Part shown: positions 19,793-30,739 of the stretch, piece after piece | Layout: each line of letters begins with the position of its first letter | How positions within the stretch are numbered: the stretch's first letter is position 1 | Assembly (NCBI GenBank): GCA_943788985.1 | Contig: CALSSJ010000026.1 | Location: 64,001 to 128,000, forward strand | DNA from: an uncultured Lentisphaerales bacterium | Lineage (GTDB): Bacteria; Verrucomicrobiota; Lentisphaeria; JABSQK01; UBA12247 | Reading direction: 5' to 3' | Length of the DNA: 64,000 nucleotides | Notes under the pieces: model-generated | Told to the model about the DNA's origin: nothing | What the model saw: the letters and a program-made list of their open reading frames with translations, nothing else | Database searches by the model: none | Program-made: the position numbers and the translations under genes

Positions 19793-19804
19793 GGAGTCAC
19801 AGAC

Positions 19805-20254
19805 ATGTCAGTTGAACTTATTCTCCTGGACAACATCGAGCACTTGGGAAACATTGGTGACCAAGTCCGCGTTGCACCTGGCTATGCCCGGAATTATCTC
19901 ATGCCTCGCGGTCTGGCGACCAAAGCCTCCCCCGGCACCTTGCGTCAGCTAGAATCTCGCAAGAAGATTGTAGCAGCGCGTCTGGCCGCCGAAATGAAGG
20001 AATGGCAAGCAGTTGCTGAGCGCATTCAGGCTCACTCCGTGTCCATCCCGGTGCAGGCAGATGACGACGAGCACCTCTATGGCTCCGTCACCCAGCAGCA
20101 GATCGTGGACGCATTCAAGGATATCGAAGTGAATTTGCAACGTCGGCAGGTCGCCCTGGGCGAGCCAATCCGCGCGCTCGGTGTGTACACCGTCGAGATT
20201 CACCTGCATCCGGAAGTAAGAACAGAAGCAAAGGTCTGGGTAGTCCGGGCCTAA
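19805..20254 (+). CDS. rplI: 50S ribosomal protein L9
   Basis: LGNIGDQVRVAPGYARNYLMPRGLA, LYGSVT, PIRALG. Confidence 0.97.
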   Translation: MSVELILLDNIEHLGNIGDQVRVAPGYARNYLMPRGLATKASPGTLRQLESRKKIVAARLAAEMKEWQAVAERIQAHSVSIPVQADDDEHLYGSVTQQQIVDAFKDIEVNLQRRQVALGEPIRALGVYTVEIHLHPEVRTEAKVWVVRA

Positions 20255-20278
20255 GCAGCATACAACGGAGTTGTCGTT

Positions 20279-20539
20279 ATGGCACATAAGAAAGGTCAAT
20301 CAAGCAGCCGGAACGGCCGCGATAGTAATCCGCAATATCGCGGAGTGAAATTGTACGGTGGCCAGAAATGCACTGCCGGTAGCATCATTATCCGCCAGTG
20401 CGGGACGAAGTTCCATCCAGGAAAGAACGTAGGCGTTGGCAGTGACTACACATTGTTCGCGCTAGTCGACGGAACGGTCTTGTACCAGAAGAGCCGTCGT
20501 CGCGTACATGTGGTCCCAGCTGAGGCCGCAGAAGCGTAA
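20279..20539 (+). CDS. rpmA: 50S ribosomal protein L27
   Basis: [24 protein letters not shown]...[20 protein letters not shown]. Confidence 0.98.
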   Translation: MAHKKGQSSSRNGRDSNPQYRGVKLYGGQKCTAGSIIIRQCGTKFHPGKNVGVGSDYTLFALVDGTVLYQKSRRRVHVVPAEAAEA

Positions 20540-20553
20540 ACGGTCTTCTGTCG

Positions 20554-21057
20554 TTGCAAGTCTTTGCCTACGGGTCGTTGATCTGGCACCCGGGTTTTCC
20601 GTTCCGTACTGTGCGTAAGGGATGGTTACCCGGGTGGAGACGCGTCCTCTGGCAAGGATCGACAGACCACCGCGGGTGCCCCGGCTCCCCCGGTAGGGTG
20701 GTGACGCTGGTTCCGGACCAGACCGCCCAGTGCCTAGGCTTGCTTTACACCGTCGAGCCGGGCCACGAATCCTCTACTCGCTCGTACCTTGATGTCCGTG
20801 AGCAAGGCGGCTACCTCCCGCGCAACGCGGCCGTTCTTCCGGATAATGACCAGGCTTTGTTTTATGTCGCCGAGCCGAACAATCCGAACTTCTTGGGGCC
20901 CAGCCCACTGCCACAGCTAGTGGCCCAAATCCTTGCGGCCCATGGCCCCAGCGGCCCAAATCTGGAATACGTCCTGAAGCTGCATTGGGCTCTCCAGAAG
21001 CATGGCATTGTGGATGCTCATATCAGCGAGATAGCCGCTCAGTTGCAGGCGAGCTAG
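20554..21057 (+). CDS. chaC: ChaC-family gamma-glutamylcyclotransferase
   Basis: VFAYGSLIW.PGF, QGSTDHRG..PGRVVTL, YLDVREQGGY, GPSGPNLEY. Confidence 0.93.
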   Translation: MQVFAYGSLIWHPGFPFRTVRKGWLPGWRRVLWQGSTDHRGCPGSPGRVVTLVPDQTAQCLGLLYTVEPGHESSTRSYLDVREQGGYLPRNAAVLPDNDQALFYVAEPNNPNFLGPSPLPQLVAQILAAHGPSGPNLEYVLKLHWALQKHGIVDAHISEIAAQLQAS

Positions 21058-21195
21058 GCACGATTGGTCTCGCGCGGTTGGCGTTGGTCCGCTAGGGTTT
21101 ACTGTGCTACCCGGCGGAGGCGCTCCTGCAGTCGCGAGAGCGACTCTCCATTGCCTTTTCTAGCCTTGCTCCTGCTGCGCGGACCCCAAGATCTG

Positions 21196-24061
21196 ATGGA
21201 AGTAAAATTCAATTGCACCTTCTGCCGCCGCAAGATTTCTGCGGGCCGGGGAGTATGCTGGAATGTTGGTAGACTGCCCGTCATGCGGCTGCAAACTTGA
21301 CGTCCCCTCTCCCGCCTTCAATACTGGTGATCGGCTAGGCAAGTATATCATCGACCAGTGCCTCGGCGCCGGGGCGATGGGTGAGGTGTATCTTGCTCAA
21401 GAAGACGGCGGCTTTGCCGAGGTAGCCCTGAAAGTGATCTCCTTGAAAGGAGTGGACCAGGAAGACCTGGAGCGTTTCCAAAAGGAAGTAAAGCTCCAAG
21501 CCAGCATTCACCATCCCAATATTGTCCCGGCCTACAAAGCTGGCGAAGTGGATGGCTACCACTTTCTGGCAATGGCCTACATCGAAGGGGAATCTCTAGC
21601 AGACCGGCAATCTCGCGTCGGGCGTATGGACGAGCAGGAGGTTCTGGAGATCGGCCAGACGATCTCCAAAGCCCTTCACTACGCTTGGGAAGAGGTAAAC
21701 CTTCTGCACCGGGACATCAAGCCAGCGAACATCATGCTGGATAAGAATGGCCATGTCATGCTCGCGGACCTGGGAATCGCGAAGAGCAGCAACCTGGACC
21801 CTGGCCTTACTACGGTCGGTTTCGCTTTGGGAACCCCAGACTACATGAGCCCCGAGCAGGCACGTGTCGAGACTGTGGACTGCCGAACGGACATTTATGC
21901 GTTGGGAGCGACCCTGTTTCATTTGCTCGCCGGTGAGCCCCCGCACGATGCCAACTCGGTCGCAGAGGTCCTGGCAAACAAGTTCAATCTGCCAGCACCG
22001 GATGTCCGCGAGTTTAACCCCGCAATCAGTGCAAATACTGCCCGTCTGTTACAGCGAATGCTTTCCCGTAGCCGTGAGAAACGAGCAGAAGATTGGCTGG
22101 CGCAAGAAGGCGAGTTTAAGCGCGTTCTTGTCGGGAAGCCCCCGGAGGCTCCCGCCCCGGTTCCCGTTGCAATTAAAACAGTGGATAAGCCAGCTGAGGA
22201 GCCAGCTCAGGTGACCTTTCACCGGTCCCCTAGGAAATTTCGGCGGGCGGACCGGAAGGTTGGGATGGCCAAGGGCGGCTGCGCGGGAACCGGCGTCGGA
22301 ATCGTTGTCTTCCTGGCTATTCTGGCCTTGATTGCGGGCGCATTTGTCATGAACCGGTCGACGCCTGCCGTCGTTCCGCAGGACACTGTGGTAGAAGCTC
22401 CCCCTCCCCTCCCGCCCCCAGAGCCCGTTCTGCTTCCCGCTGAGACAGCGCCCACGGTCCCTGAAGAGCCTGCGGCCCTGGCAGACGCACAGCGCAGTCT
22501 GGCTTCTCAGTTGATCGAGAGCGGTGATTTCAAAGTAGCGGATCGCCTGATCAAGGAGCTAGCAGCTAAGGGGAATACCGTCGCCTCGCTGACCAAGCAG
22601 TATGATGCCGCCGTGCGGCTCGCGCAGGAACGAGCCTTGAAGAGGCGTCTGGCTGGAAAACTTGGCGGTGTTGCTGATGCAATCGTGGGGGGGGAGATGC
22701 GAAAGGCTGAAGCCGCTGCAGAAGCCCTCGTGGCCGAGTCTGCGGAGTTCGCAGCCGTCCCGGAGTTCAGCGCGGCAAGACCGCGCCTGGAGTTGTTGAC
22801 AGACGACGCGATTAGCAAGGTCCTACTCCACCAGCTCTCCGGCACCGTAGGCCAAACCCTGATGCTGCAGACCAAAGATGGCCCAGAGGTCATCCATGTA
22901 ACCGCCGTGGACCCGAGAGGCATTCGAGGGCGCAAGCGTACCCCCACCAGCTACACCTTCTTGCGGATTGCGCTGAGCGCACTGACGGATGAGGAAGTGG
23001 TAGAACGCGTTCGCCCCAGCAAGCCTCATGGTCGCTATCTCGCAGCCGTGGCGATGGCCGCCAGAAGGATGCCCCACGCACAAGCGGCAATGGCCAGTTT
23101 CGACGATCCCCTGTCTGCACTGATCGCAACTCGCTTGCCCAAGAGCGGAGACTCAGAGGCCACACGATCGAAGAAGCAGCCTGCCCCAGAGAACGGAGCC
23201 AAAGCTGAGTTTTCACGCCTGTTGCATGGCCTAGGACTGCCCCCCAAAAGTGGGGCAGCAGAATGGTTCAAGCTGCTTTTCGCAAAACGTGACGACGCCG
23301 ACTACCTGGCCACCGTGCGGGCTGCGACACAGCTTTATCTGAGGCAGTACGGAGCCAAGCTGACGGCGCAGCAGCGGACCTTGGTGAATTTCATGGCGAC
23401 GATCGAGACCGAGTTCTGGCCCCCATCGCGGCCTGCGACCGCGTTGCGAACTCCGCAATTGGAGACGCACCGCCTGTGGGCACTGGAGAACGTCGAGACC
23501 GGTGCCAAGGGAACCTGGCGCTTCGAAAACGGCCGCGCGCATTTCAGGGAGAGCGAGGCCCTCCGGAGTTTTTACAAAGCCTGCAAAGCTCAGTCCGAAT
23601 TCACGGTTGAGGTGATGTTTCGGACGTCTTCAATTTTCCAGACCGGCCCGGCACGAATTGTCAGCGCGTCGAACGGCCCGCATCACCGCAACTTCAGCCT
23701 GGTACAGGACGGACGCTCTCTGCAGATCAGGGTGCGTACCAGCGAGAATGGCCGGAACGGAGACAAAATTCAACCGAAGCTATTTCTGCTGCGTAACAAC
23801 GCGCTGACCCATGTGATTGTCACCTACCAGGACGGGGAGTTGTGCGCCTATGAGAACGGTGCCTTGAAATCCACAGTGCGCACAATTAGGGGGAGCCTGA
23901 GCGATTGGCAAGACTTCGAGTTTCTTCTGGGTAACGAGGTGGACGTGGACCGCCCATGGGAAGGCGCGATCTACCTGCACGCCGTTTATCCCCGCGCCCT
24001 GAATGAAGGCGAGGCCCAGCTCCATTTCACCACCGCGAAACAGATCATTAACGGGCGATAG
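21196..24061 (+). CDS. Membrane Ser/Thr protein kinase with N-terminal Zn ribbon and C-terminal LamG-like domain (+1 frameshift at ~21250)
   Basis: MEVKFNCTFC...[extra G]...DCPSCG. Kinase motifs LGAGAMGEVY, VALK, HRDIKPANI, DLGIA, GTPDYMSPEQ. TM helix VGIVVFLAILALIAGAFV. C-terminus FTVEV...GPARIVS...NFSL...HVIVTY...LGNE...WEGAI...ALNEGE. Confidence 0.9.
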
Positions 24062-24065
24062 TAGT

Positions 24066-24764
24066 TTGTCTTTCGCCAACGCGTTTGAACGCTATGATAT
24101 CGGTGAGCAGTCCTATACGATTGCTGGCCGCACCATTTCAATCTCTGCCCCACGTGACCCAGCTGTGCTGCTAGATGAACTGATCGCCAACGGCAGCGAG
24201 GTAGATGTGACGGACGAGCGGCTCCCGTACTGGGCTGAAATTTGGTCGTCTTCGATTGCTCTGAGCGAGCATCTGCTGGAAGCTGGCGAGGTTGAGCCGA
24301 GCACGCGGTGCCTTGAGCTAGGCTGTGGATTGGGCCTGGTGGGCGTCTCTCTGGGGTTTCGGACGCCGCATGTCCGTTTCACCGACTATCAGCCGGACGC
24401 TGTCGCTATGGCTCGGCACAACTGGCGCGGCGCGCACGGCGGCGAGGCCGAAGGAGCGGTTCTGGACTGGCGCGAGCCCCCCGCCGACGGCCGCCGGTAT
24501 GATCTGGTGGTCGCCGCTGACGTGGCCTACGAGGAGCGTTTTTTTGCGCCCTTGGCCGATACCTTTTCACGCTGCCTGGCCCCCGGCGGCCACGTGATTC
24601 TGGCGGAACCAAGTCGCCCGGTGGCGGGAAGTTTTTACCTGATGTTGCGCGCCCGCGGTTGGTTGCATCAGGACACTCGCCGCACGGTGGCATCTAATCG
24701 CGGACCAGTGACCGTGCGTATTTCTACGTTTCGTCAGGGATCGTCGGCCGCTATTGCGTCTTGA
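24066..24764 (+). CDS. Class I SAM-dependent methyltransferase (Methyltransf_16 / protein-lysine MTase-like)
   Basis: [43 protein letters not shown] start 5 nt after the kinase stop. Confidence 0.85.
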   Translation: MSFANAFERYDIGEQSYTIAGRTISISAPRDPAVLLDELIANGSEVDVTDERLPYWAEIWSSSIALSEHLLEAGEVEPSTRCLELGCGLGLVGVSLGFRTPHVRFTDYQPDAVAMARHNWRGAHGGEAEGAVLDWREPPADGRRYDLVVAADVAYEERFFAPLADTFSRCLAPGGHVILAEPSRPVAGSFYLMLRARGWLHQDTRRTVASNRGPVTVRISTFRQGSSAAIAS

Positions 24765-24781
24765 AAGGTCTTTTGTATACT
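24754..24781 (+). promoter_or_regulatory. Putative sigma-70 promoter for lepA
   Basis: TTGCGT-N16-TATACT, 35 nt upstream of the lepA ATG. Confidence 0.4.
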
Positions 24782-24816
24782 ACCAACTACCTCAGATTTC
24801 GCGTTCAGGAATAGAT

Positions 24817-26623
24817 ATGGCAGATCGCTCTCGCATCCGAAACTTCTGCATCATCGCGCACATTGATCACGGCAAGTCCACGCTGGCTGATCGCTTCATG
24901 CAGCATACGTCCACCGTTCAAGACCGAGATTTCCAGGATCAACTTCTGGATGACATGGATCTCGAACGTGAGCGCGGCATTACCATCAAGTCGCATCCGG
25001 TCCTCATTCACTATCGCGCCCAGGACGGCCACACCTACGAACTCAACCTGATCGACACGCCTGGGCACGTAGATTTTTCCTATGAGGTCAGCCGCAGCCT
25101 AGCGGCGTGCGAAGGCGCGCTGTTACTTATCGATGCCAGCCAGGGGGTCCAAGCACAGACCGTGGCAAACGTGACACTGGCCACCAATCTGGATTTGACC
25201 GTGATTCCCGTGATCAACAAGATCGACTTGCCAGCGGGCCAACATTGAGATGTGTAACGAGCAGCTTGAGGAGATTCTCGCAATTCCCGCTGACGAAGCG
25301 GTACACGCCAGCGCCAAGGCAGGCCTTGGCATTGAGGACATTCTTGAGGCAGTGGTCGCGCGCATTCCAGCTCCGAAGGAGCCGGAAGATGACTCCATTC
25401 GCGCGTTGATTTTCGACTCTGTCTATGACGCCTACCGAGGCGTGGTGAACTATGTACGCGTGGTCTCGGGAACGTTGGAGCGCGGGACAGCCATCCAGTT
25501 TTGTAGCACCAAGCTAAAATCGGAGGTCAAGGAAATCGGCGTATTCTCGCCGGGAATGAACCCCAAGGACAAGCTTGAGCCCGGTGGCGTGGGTTACGTC
25601 ATCGCGAACATCAAGTCACCCGATGACTCGAAGATGGGGGACACACTCACTGGCACGCATAATCCTTGCCAAGACCCCTTGCCTGGGTTCAAGGAATGCC
25701 AACCCATGGTATTCAGTGGGATCTACCCAATCGACACTAATGACTACGCCCAACTGAAGCTCAGCATGGGCAAGCTGCGCCTCAATGATGCCGCCTTCGA
25801 GTATCAGGCAGAGACTTCCGCCGCTCTGGGCTTTGGCTTTCGCTGCGGCTTTCTCGGGCTGCTCCATATGGAGATCATCCAAGAGCGCCTGCGTCGGGAG
25901 TACAACATGGACATCATCGCCACCTACCCCAGCGTAGTCTATCACGTCTTCAAGACCGATGGCAGCTCCGTTCAGATCGACAACCCACTCCACCTTCCCG
26001 ACCCGGTTAACATCGACCACATCGAAGAACCAATGGTCCTGTGCCATATCATGCTGCCCGGTGAGTATATCGGTGGCGTGATGAACCTGATCATGGACAA
26101 GCGCGGCTTCTGCCAGGAAACCATCTCCGTAGACCGCCTGCACATGATGTTGATCGCGCGCCTTCCCTTGCACGAGATCGTGATCGACTTCCACGACAAG
26201 CTCAAGACCATCACCCGCGGCTACGGCAGCATGGACTATGAACCCAACGGCTACGAACCCGCCCCACTGGTGAAACTGGAGATGCGCGTGAACGGCGATC
26301 CCGTCGACGCCTTTGCCACGATCGTGCATCGCGATCATGCGCAATCCCGGGGCCGTATTCTGGCCGAGCGCCTGAAAGACGTGATTCCACGCCACATGTT
26401 CAAAATCGCAATTCAGGCCGTCATTGGCGCCAATGTCGTGGCTCGCGAGACCATCGGGGCCCTACGGAAAGACGTGACAGCCAAGTGTTATGGCGGCGAT
26501 ATCACGCGGAAGCGCAAGCTGCTCGAGAAGCAGAAAGAGGGCAAGAAGAAAATGAAGCAGATCGGCAATGTAAACATCCCGCAGGATGCCTTCGTCAAGG
26601 TACTGAAATCCACGAAAAAGTGA
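24817..26623 (+). CDS. lepA: Elongation factor 4 (LepA); +1 frameshift at ~25237, probably a sequencing error
   Basis: [82 protein letters not shown]. Removing one G in GCGGGCC restores [16 protein letters not shown]. Confidence 0.96.
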
Positions 26624-26638
26624 TCACTGAGCACCGTA

Positions 26639-26839
26639 ATGACCATTCTCATCAACGATAAGCCACACGAACTGGACGAGCCTTGCTCGGTCGCAATTCT
26701 GCTTGAAAGACACGGTGCCCGCGCGGGGAGCGTGGCAGTCGCCCACAACGAGCAATTCGTGAGCCGTGCAAACTACGCAACCACAATCATGCAAGACGGT
26801 GACACGCTCGAGATTGTTGCGCCCATGCAAGGAGGCTGA
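26639..26839 (+). CDS. thiS: Sulfur carrier protein ThiS
   Basis: 66 aa with [23 protein letters not shown] (C-terminal GG). Directly upstream of thiG. Confidence 0.93.
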   Translation: MTILINDKPHELDEPCSVAILLERHGARAGSVAVAHNEQFVSRANYATTIMQDGDTLEIVAPMQGG

Positions 26840-26841
26840 TC

Positions 26842-27624
26842 ATGTGGACCCTCGCTGATGCCACGCTCCAAAGCCGATTCCTAATCGGCACCGCCCTGTA
26901 CCCATCTCCGGAGTCGATGCGCCAGGCGATCCAGGCGTCCGGCTCCGAAGTCGTCACAGTCTCACTGCGGCGGCAGCAGGCTGGCTCAGGCGGAGGCAAC
27001 GACTTCTGGGAGCTGATTCGCTCCCTGAACGTCCACGTGCTGCCAAACACCGCTGGCTGCCACACTATCAAAGAAGTCATGGCCACCGCCCACATGGCGC
27101 GCGAGCTGTTCGACACCAACTGGATCAAGGTGGAGATCATTGGCGATGAATACACGCTGCAGCCAGACACCGCGCAGCTGCTGGCAGTCACCGAGAGCTT
27201 GATCCGCGACGGCTTCGAAGTCTTTCCCTATACCACCGATGACCTGGTTGTGGCCCAGCGCCTGGCCGACCTGGGCTGCCGAATCGTGATGCCTTGGGCC
27301 TCCCCCATTGGCTCCGGCCAGGGCCTACTCAATCTCTACGCGCTCGAGACAATGCGCGCCAGACTGCCCCAGACTACGCTCATTATCGATGCTGGCATAG
27401 GCAAGCCCTCAGACGCTACCCGAGCCCTGGAGCTTGGCTTTGACGGTGTACTGCTAAACAGTGCAGTCGCCCTAGCCCGAGACCCCGTGGGCATGGCCTC
27501 CGCATTTCGCTATGCCTTGAACGCTGGCCGAGCAGCCTACGAAGCCGGTGTAATGCAGCCGCGCAACATGGCCCAGCCAAGCACACCTACCTTGGGAACA
27601 CCGTTCTGGGTGCAATCGAACTGA
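26842..27624 (+). CDS. thiG: Thiazole synthase
   Basis: [56 protein letters not shown]. Confidence 0.97.
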   Translation: MWTLADATLQSRFLIGTALYPSPESMRQAIQASGSEVVTVSLRRQQAGSGGGNDFWELIRSLNVHVLPNTAGCHTIKEVMATAHMARELFDTNWIKVEIIGDEYTLQPDTAQLLAVTESLIRDGFEVFPYTTDDLVVAQRLADLGCRIVMPWASPIGSGQGLLNLYALETMRARLPQTTLIIDAGIGKPSDATRALELGFDGVLLNSAVALARDPVGMASAFRYALNAGRAAYEAGVMQPRNMAQPSTPTLGTPFWVQSN

Positions 27625-27640
27625 TGCAGTCTCGCCAGCG

Positions 27641-28525
27641 ATGAGCATCGCGGTCATCCGCTTCAGTGCGCTTGGCGACATCGCCAGCGCCCTCCCCTAC
27701 ATCCGCGCCCTCCGCGAGGGCCCGACCCTCATTACCAGCGGCATGGGTGCTGGCCTGCTCCAGGACGAATTCCCCGACATTCACGTACTCAAGAGCAAGC
27801 GCATCCGCGACGTGTTCAGCCTCGTTTGCGAACTCCGCAAACAGCGCTTCGACCATTTGATCGACCTGCAGAACAACGATCGCTCGCGGCTAATCCGCAG
27901 CTTGACCAGCGCGCGAGCCAAGATCTCCAGCAAGGGCATGCCAGGTGGGGTGCCCAATCTGGATAACTTCCACCGCATCATGATGCCCAGCGGCTTGCTC
28001 CAGGAACCGGACACCAGCTTTACTCCGAAGCCATGCGACTACATCGTCTTGAATGTCGCCTCCAGCTCCAAATGGCACGCAAAGCGTCTGCCAGTGGCAA
28101 AGTGGCAGCAGTTCGCAGCCTTGCTGCACGACCGCTACGGGCTGCCGTTTAAGCTCACTGGTGGGGCTGACGAGCGCGACTATGTTGCGGAGGTCGCAGC
28201 CCAGCTGCCGGGCGAGTGCGAGAATGTCGCGGGCCAGACCAGTTTAGTCGAGCTGAAGCTACTGCTGCGCAACGCCTTCTTGGTGGTGTCTACCGACTCC
28301 GCAGCCATGCAGCTAGCAGCCGCAGAAAAGACACCCACAATCGGCCTGTTCGGCTGCACGAACTGGGTCCGTGCCCGCCCGTTCGGCCCCTGGAGCACAG
28401 TGCTATACGACAAGGCCGTGTATCCCGACGATCAGCCCCCGCCGGTTAGCATCGAAACGCCCGGTGCCTACTACGACGGCATCGACCTGGCGGACGGCTT
28501 GACCGCCTTGGCCAAGTTTCTCTGA
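27641..28525 (+). CDS. Glycosyltransferase family 9 (heptosyltransferase-like)
   Basis: IRFSALGDI, FDHLIDLQ, AKRLP, AGQTSL, VSTDSAAMQLAAA..TPTIGLFG. Confidence 0.9.
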   Translation: MSIAVIRFSALGDIASALPYIRALREGPTLITSGMGAGLLQDEFPDIHVLKSKRIRDVFSLVCELRKQRFDHLIDLQNNDRSRLIRSLTSARAKISSKGMPGGVPNLDNFHRIMMPSGLLQEPDTSFTPKPCDYIVLNVASSSKWHAKRLPVAKWQQFAALLHDRYGLPFKLTGGADERDYVAEVAAQLPGECENVAGQTSLVELKLLLRNAFLVVSTDSAAMQLAAAEKTPTIGLFGCTNWVRARPFGPWSTVLYDKAVYPDDQPPPVSIETPGAYYDGIDLADGLTALAKFL

Positions 28526-28700
28526 CGCCGCCCTAGCCCCAGTCCAAGCGATCGGTGGCCCCTCCAAAAGGTCGTCTCGGGTCGAGGTCCATCGCTAGCA
28601 GCCGATTCGAGTCGGCCCCCTCGAGGATCTGCTCGAAACCAGTTTTGTTTCGCGTAAATGAAATACGCGTGTTTCGCGGGCAGCTTCTTTAAGGGTCCTG

Positions 28701-30332
28701 CTAGTCCACCTTCCCCTGATGATGGTGCGCTAGGTATTGCGTAAACGCGTAGTGCACCACATTCACCCCCAGCTTGTAGGCCTGGTTTGCCAGCCCTTCA
28801 TGAATCCCAGAGTGCCCCGTTTTCCAGGCATCGTTCAGATCGCCCTGATGGTAGAACGCCACCCACCGCCCATCATGGCGGAGTCCGACCGCCTCGCGCC
28901 CCGAGTGATGCCAGAAGGCAGGGGCCCCATTCGGGAACAGATGCGGATGCTGAAACATCTGATCATCTCGCGAGATCGTAATCCAGCTCTTCTCCGGAAA
29001 CACCCGCTTCATCGCCGCGCGAAAGGACGTATTAAAGGTGCCGCCCCCGTTGTCAGCGAAAATCATGCCGCCCTCTTTCAGACAGTAGTCGCGCAGTGCC
29101 GTCACTTCGTGATTGGACACATTCATGCCACCGCGCCCGGTGAGAAAGACGAACGGGGGCGCCTTCCCCTTCGGAAAAAATCGCAGCCGCCCGATCGTAC
29201 GCTGCTCGGCACGCCGTGCTACTGGCAAGCCCGTGATCTGGCCCAGCTTAAACAGCATGTTGTCATCGGCTGACAGGTGCAAATCCTGATCCCAGTCGCC
29301 CCCGTCGTATTGCAGGCGAATGAAACGAACGCGCCCCGGCATGCCGTCCGGCCAGCCGCCCGAAGGGCCACTGGCATCTCCAATTTTTCCTTCGACACCG
29401 CGAGCCTGATACTCATTTTGAGTGACTTTCTCCGTTTCTTCTAAAATCTCGCTCTCGTCTGGATCAATGTGGTAGAACAGAATGTCCGTGTTCATGGAAA
29501 GCACCAGCTTCTGCTTTTTCACCTTTTCCTTTTTAACCCGCCGTATTTCAGTAAGGACTACTTTCGCGCCCTGGCCTTCCGGAATCTCGTAGGGCTCCTC
29601 CCAACCGCAGCCGCGCAACAACACCGGAATCAGAATCAGCCAGGCGCAATGCAGCCCTGTGGCCCACCAGAGCGATGACGAAAACTGTGGATCGTCCCCG
29701 CCACTGCGCAAAGCAGGCAATAAGCGATCGCCAATCAAGCGAGCTCGCCTCAGCCCGTAGTGCGCCTGTACCTTGGCCCGCAGCAGCGTCAGCCAGGCCA
29801 GCACCAGCCAGCCTCCGAGCAGGATCCCGATTCCTAGCGTGCGCAGCCAAGAAGCGTTGCGCATGAAGCGGTGAAAAGCCTGTGGCTGCAGACCGTGCAG
29901 CAATGTGGGCCCTTGTAGCAACAGCACGATTAGCAGCACAAAGGCAGCGCTGCAGGCCAGCAGCGCGACTCCCTGCAGTCTGGCAATCACTCGGCTCCGC
30001 CAGCGAGCCAAGACGACCCCAGCCAGCAGTAATACCGCTACGCCTCGCAGCGCTACTAGCACCAGTTGAAACTCGTACGAGTACGCCAACAGCCCCAGCA
30101 CCTCCAACTGGTCCTCTCCGAGCCCGGCGCCGTGCCGCAAAATGCCTGCGTCCGCCCAGACCGCCAGGATGCAAAGCACAGCCAAGCTAGTCAAGGCGGA
30201 CGCTGTCTGCGCAATCGGGCTCAGTCGGCCGAAACTCCGATCACTCAGCGCGAAGCAGGCGTTCATCAGCCAGTGCACGCTGCGATGGGCCAGCCCGCAC
30301 AGTCCCCAGAACGCTGTCCGGAGTCGGTCCAT
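28701..30332 (-). CDS. Multi-pass membrane protein with C-terminal DUF4159-like domain
   Basis: N-terminal TM helices, the last being WWATGLHCAWLILIP, then a Lys-rich linker. C-terminus FIRLQYDGGDW..D, PFVFLTG, LRDYCLKEGGMIFADNG, AYKLGVNVVHYAFT. Confidence 0.8.
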   Translation of the reverse strand: MDRLRTAFWGLCGLAHRSVHWLMNACFALSDRSFGRLSPIAQTASALTSLAVLCILAVWADAGILRHGAGLGEDQLEVLGLLAYSYEFQLVLVALRGVAVLLLAGVVLARWRSRVIARLQGVALLACSAAFVLLIVLLLQGPTLLHGLQPQAFHRFMRNASWLRTLGIGILLGGWLVLAWLTLLRAKVQAHYGLRRARLIGDRLLPALRSGGDDPQFSSSLWWATGLHCAWLILIPVLLRGCGWEEPYEIPEGQGAKVVLTEIRRVKKEKVKKQKLVLSMNTDILFYHIDPDESEILEETEKVTQNEYQARGVEGKIGDASGPSGGWPDGMPGRVRFIRLQYDGGDWDQDLHLSADDNMLFKLGQITGLPVARRAEQRTIGRLRFFPKGKAPPFVFLTGRGGMNVSNHEVTALRDYCLKEGGMIFADNGGGTFNTSFRAAMKRVFPEKSWITISRDDQMFQHPHLFPNGAPAFWHHSGREAVGLRHDGRWVAFYHQGDLNDAWKTGHSGIHEGLANQAYKLGVNVVHYAFTQYLAHHHQGKVD

Positions 30333-30739
30333 CAGAGGCCGAATTCCTCGTCCAGGCTCAGACTTGAATCCTCAGGCCGTGTTGTGTCGATCTCCCTGGC
30401 GCGGGCATCAGTTTTCTTATTCTTCTTCTGTTCCGCCTGCTCTTCGGCCTCGGCCTTCTTCTTCTCCTCACGTGCTGTACGGTTCTTCTCTGCCTCCGCA
30501 CGACGCTCCGCCAGCTGCAAGGCTCGGGCATCCTCCTCTGCCGCCTGGCGCTCGGCATCCATGGCGCCGCGCACATCCCAGGTGCCATAGCTTGTCACCT
30601 TCATGAAGTAGGGTATGGAGGTAACCCCAAGCACGGCAACATGCAGCACCAGCGCTATCACGAGCGTCGTGACAAACGGCCGCCCCTTGGCCACTGCACC
30701 CACCAGCTTATTTGCTTCATCCTGTGTATGATCTTTCAT
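30332..30739 (-). CDS. Small single-pass protein with a TonB/TolA-type His TM helix and Ala/Glu/Lys-rich coiled coil
   Basis: IALVLHVAVLGVTSI followed by AERQAAEEDARALQLAERRAEAEKNRTAREEKKKAEAEEQAEQKK. Confidence 0.7.
   Translation of the reverse strand: MKDHTQDEANKLVGAVAKGRPFVTTLVIALVLHVAVLGVTSIPYFMKVTSYGTWDVRGAMDAERQAAEEDARALQLAERRAEAEKNRTAREEKKKAEAEEQAEQKKNKKTDARAREIDTTRPEDSSLSLDEEFGL

Noticed and set aside
25231..25250. Programmed frameshift or true pseudogene in lepA
   Set aside because: A single extra G in a GGG run, no slippery heptamer, and the same error pattern in several unrelated genes point to a sequencing artefact.
28646..28678. Direct repeat TGTTTCGCG x2 between convergent genes
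   Set aside because: Only two 9-mers, which is too weak to call without genome-wide counts.
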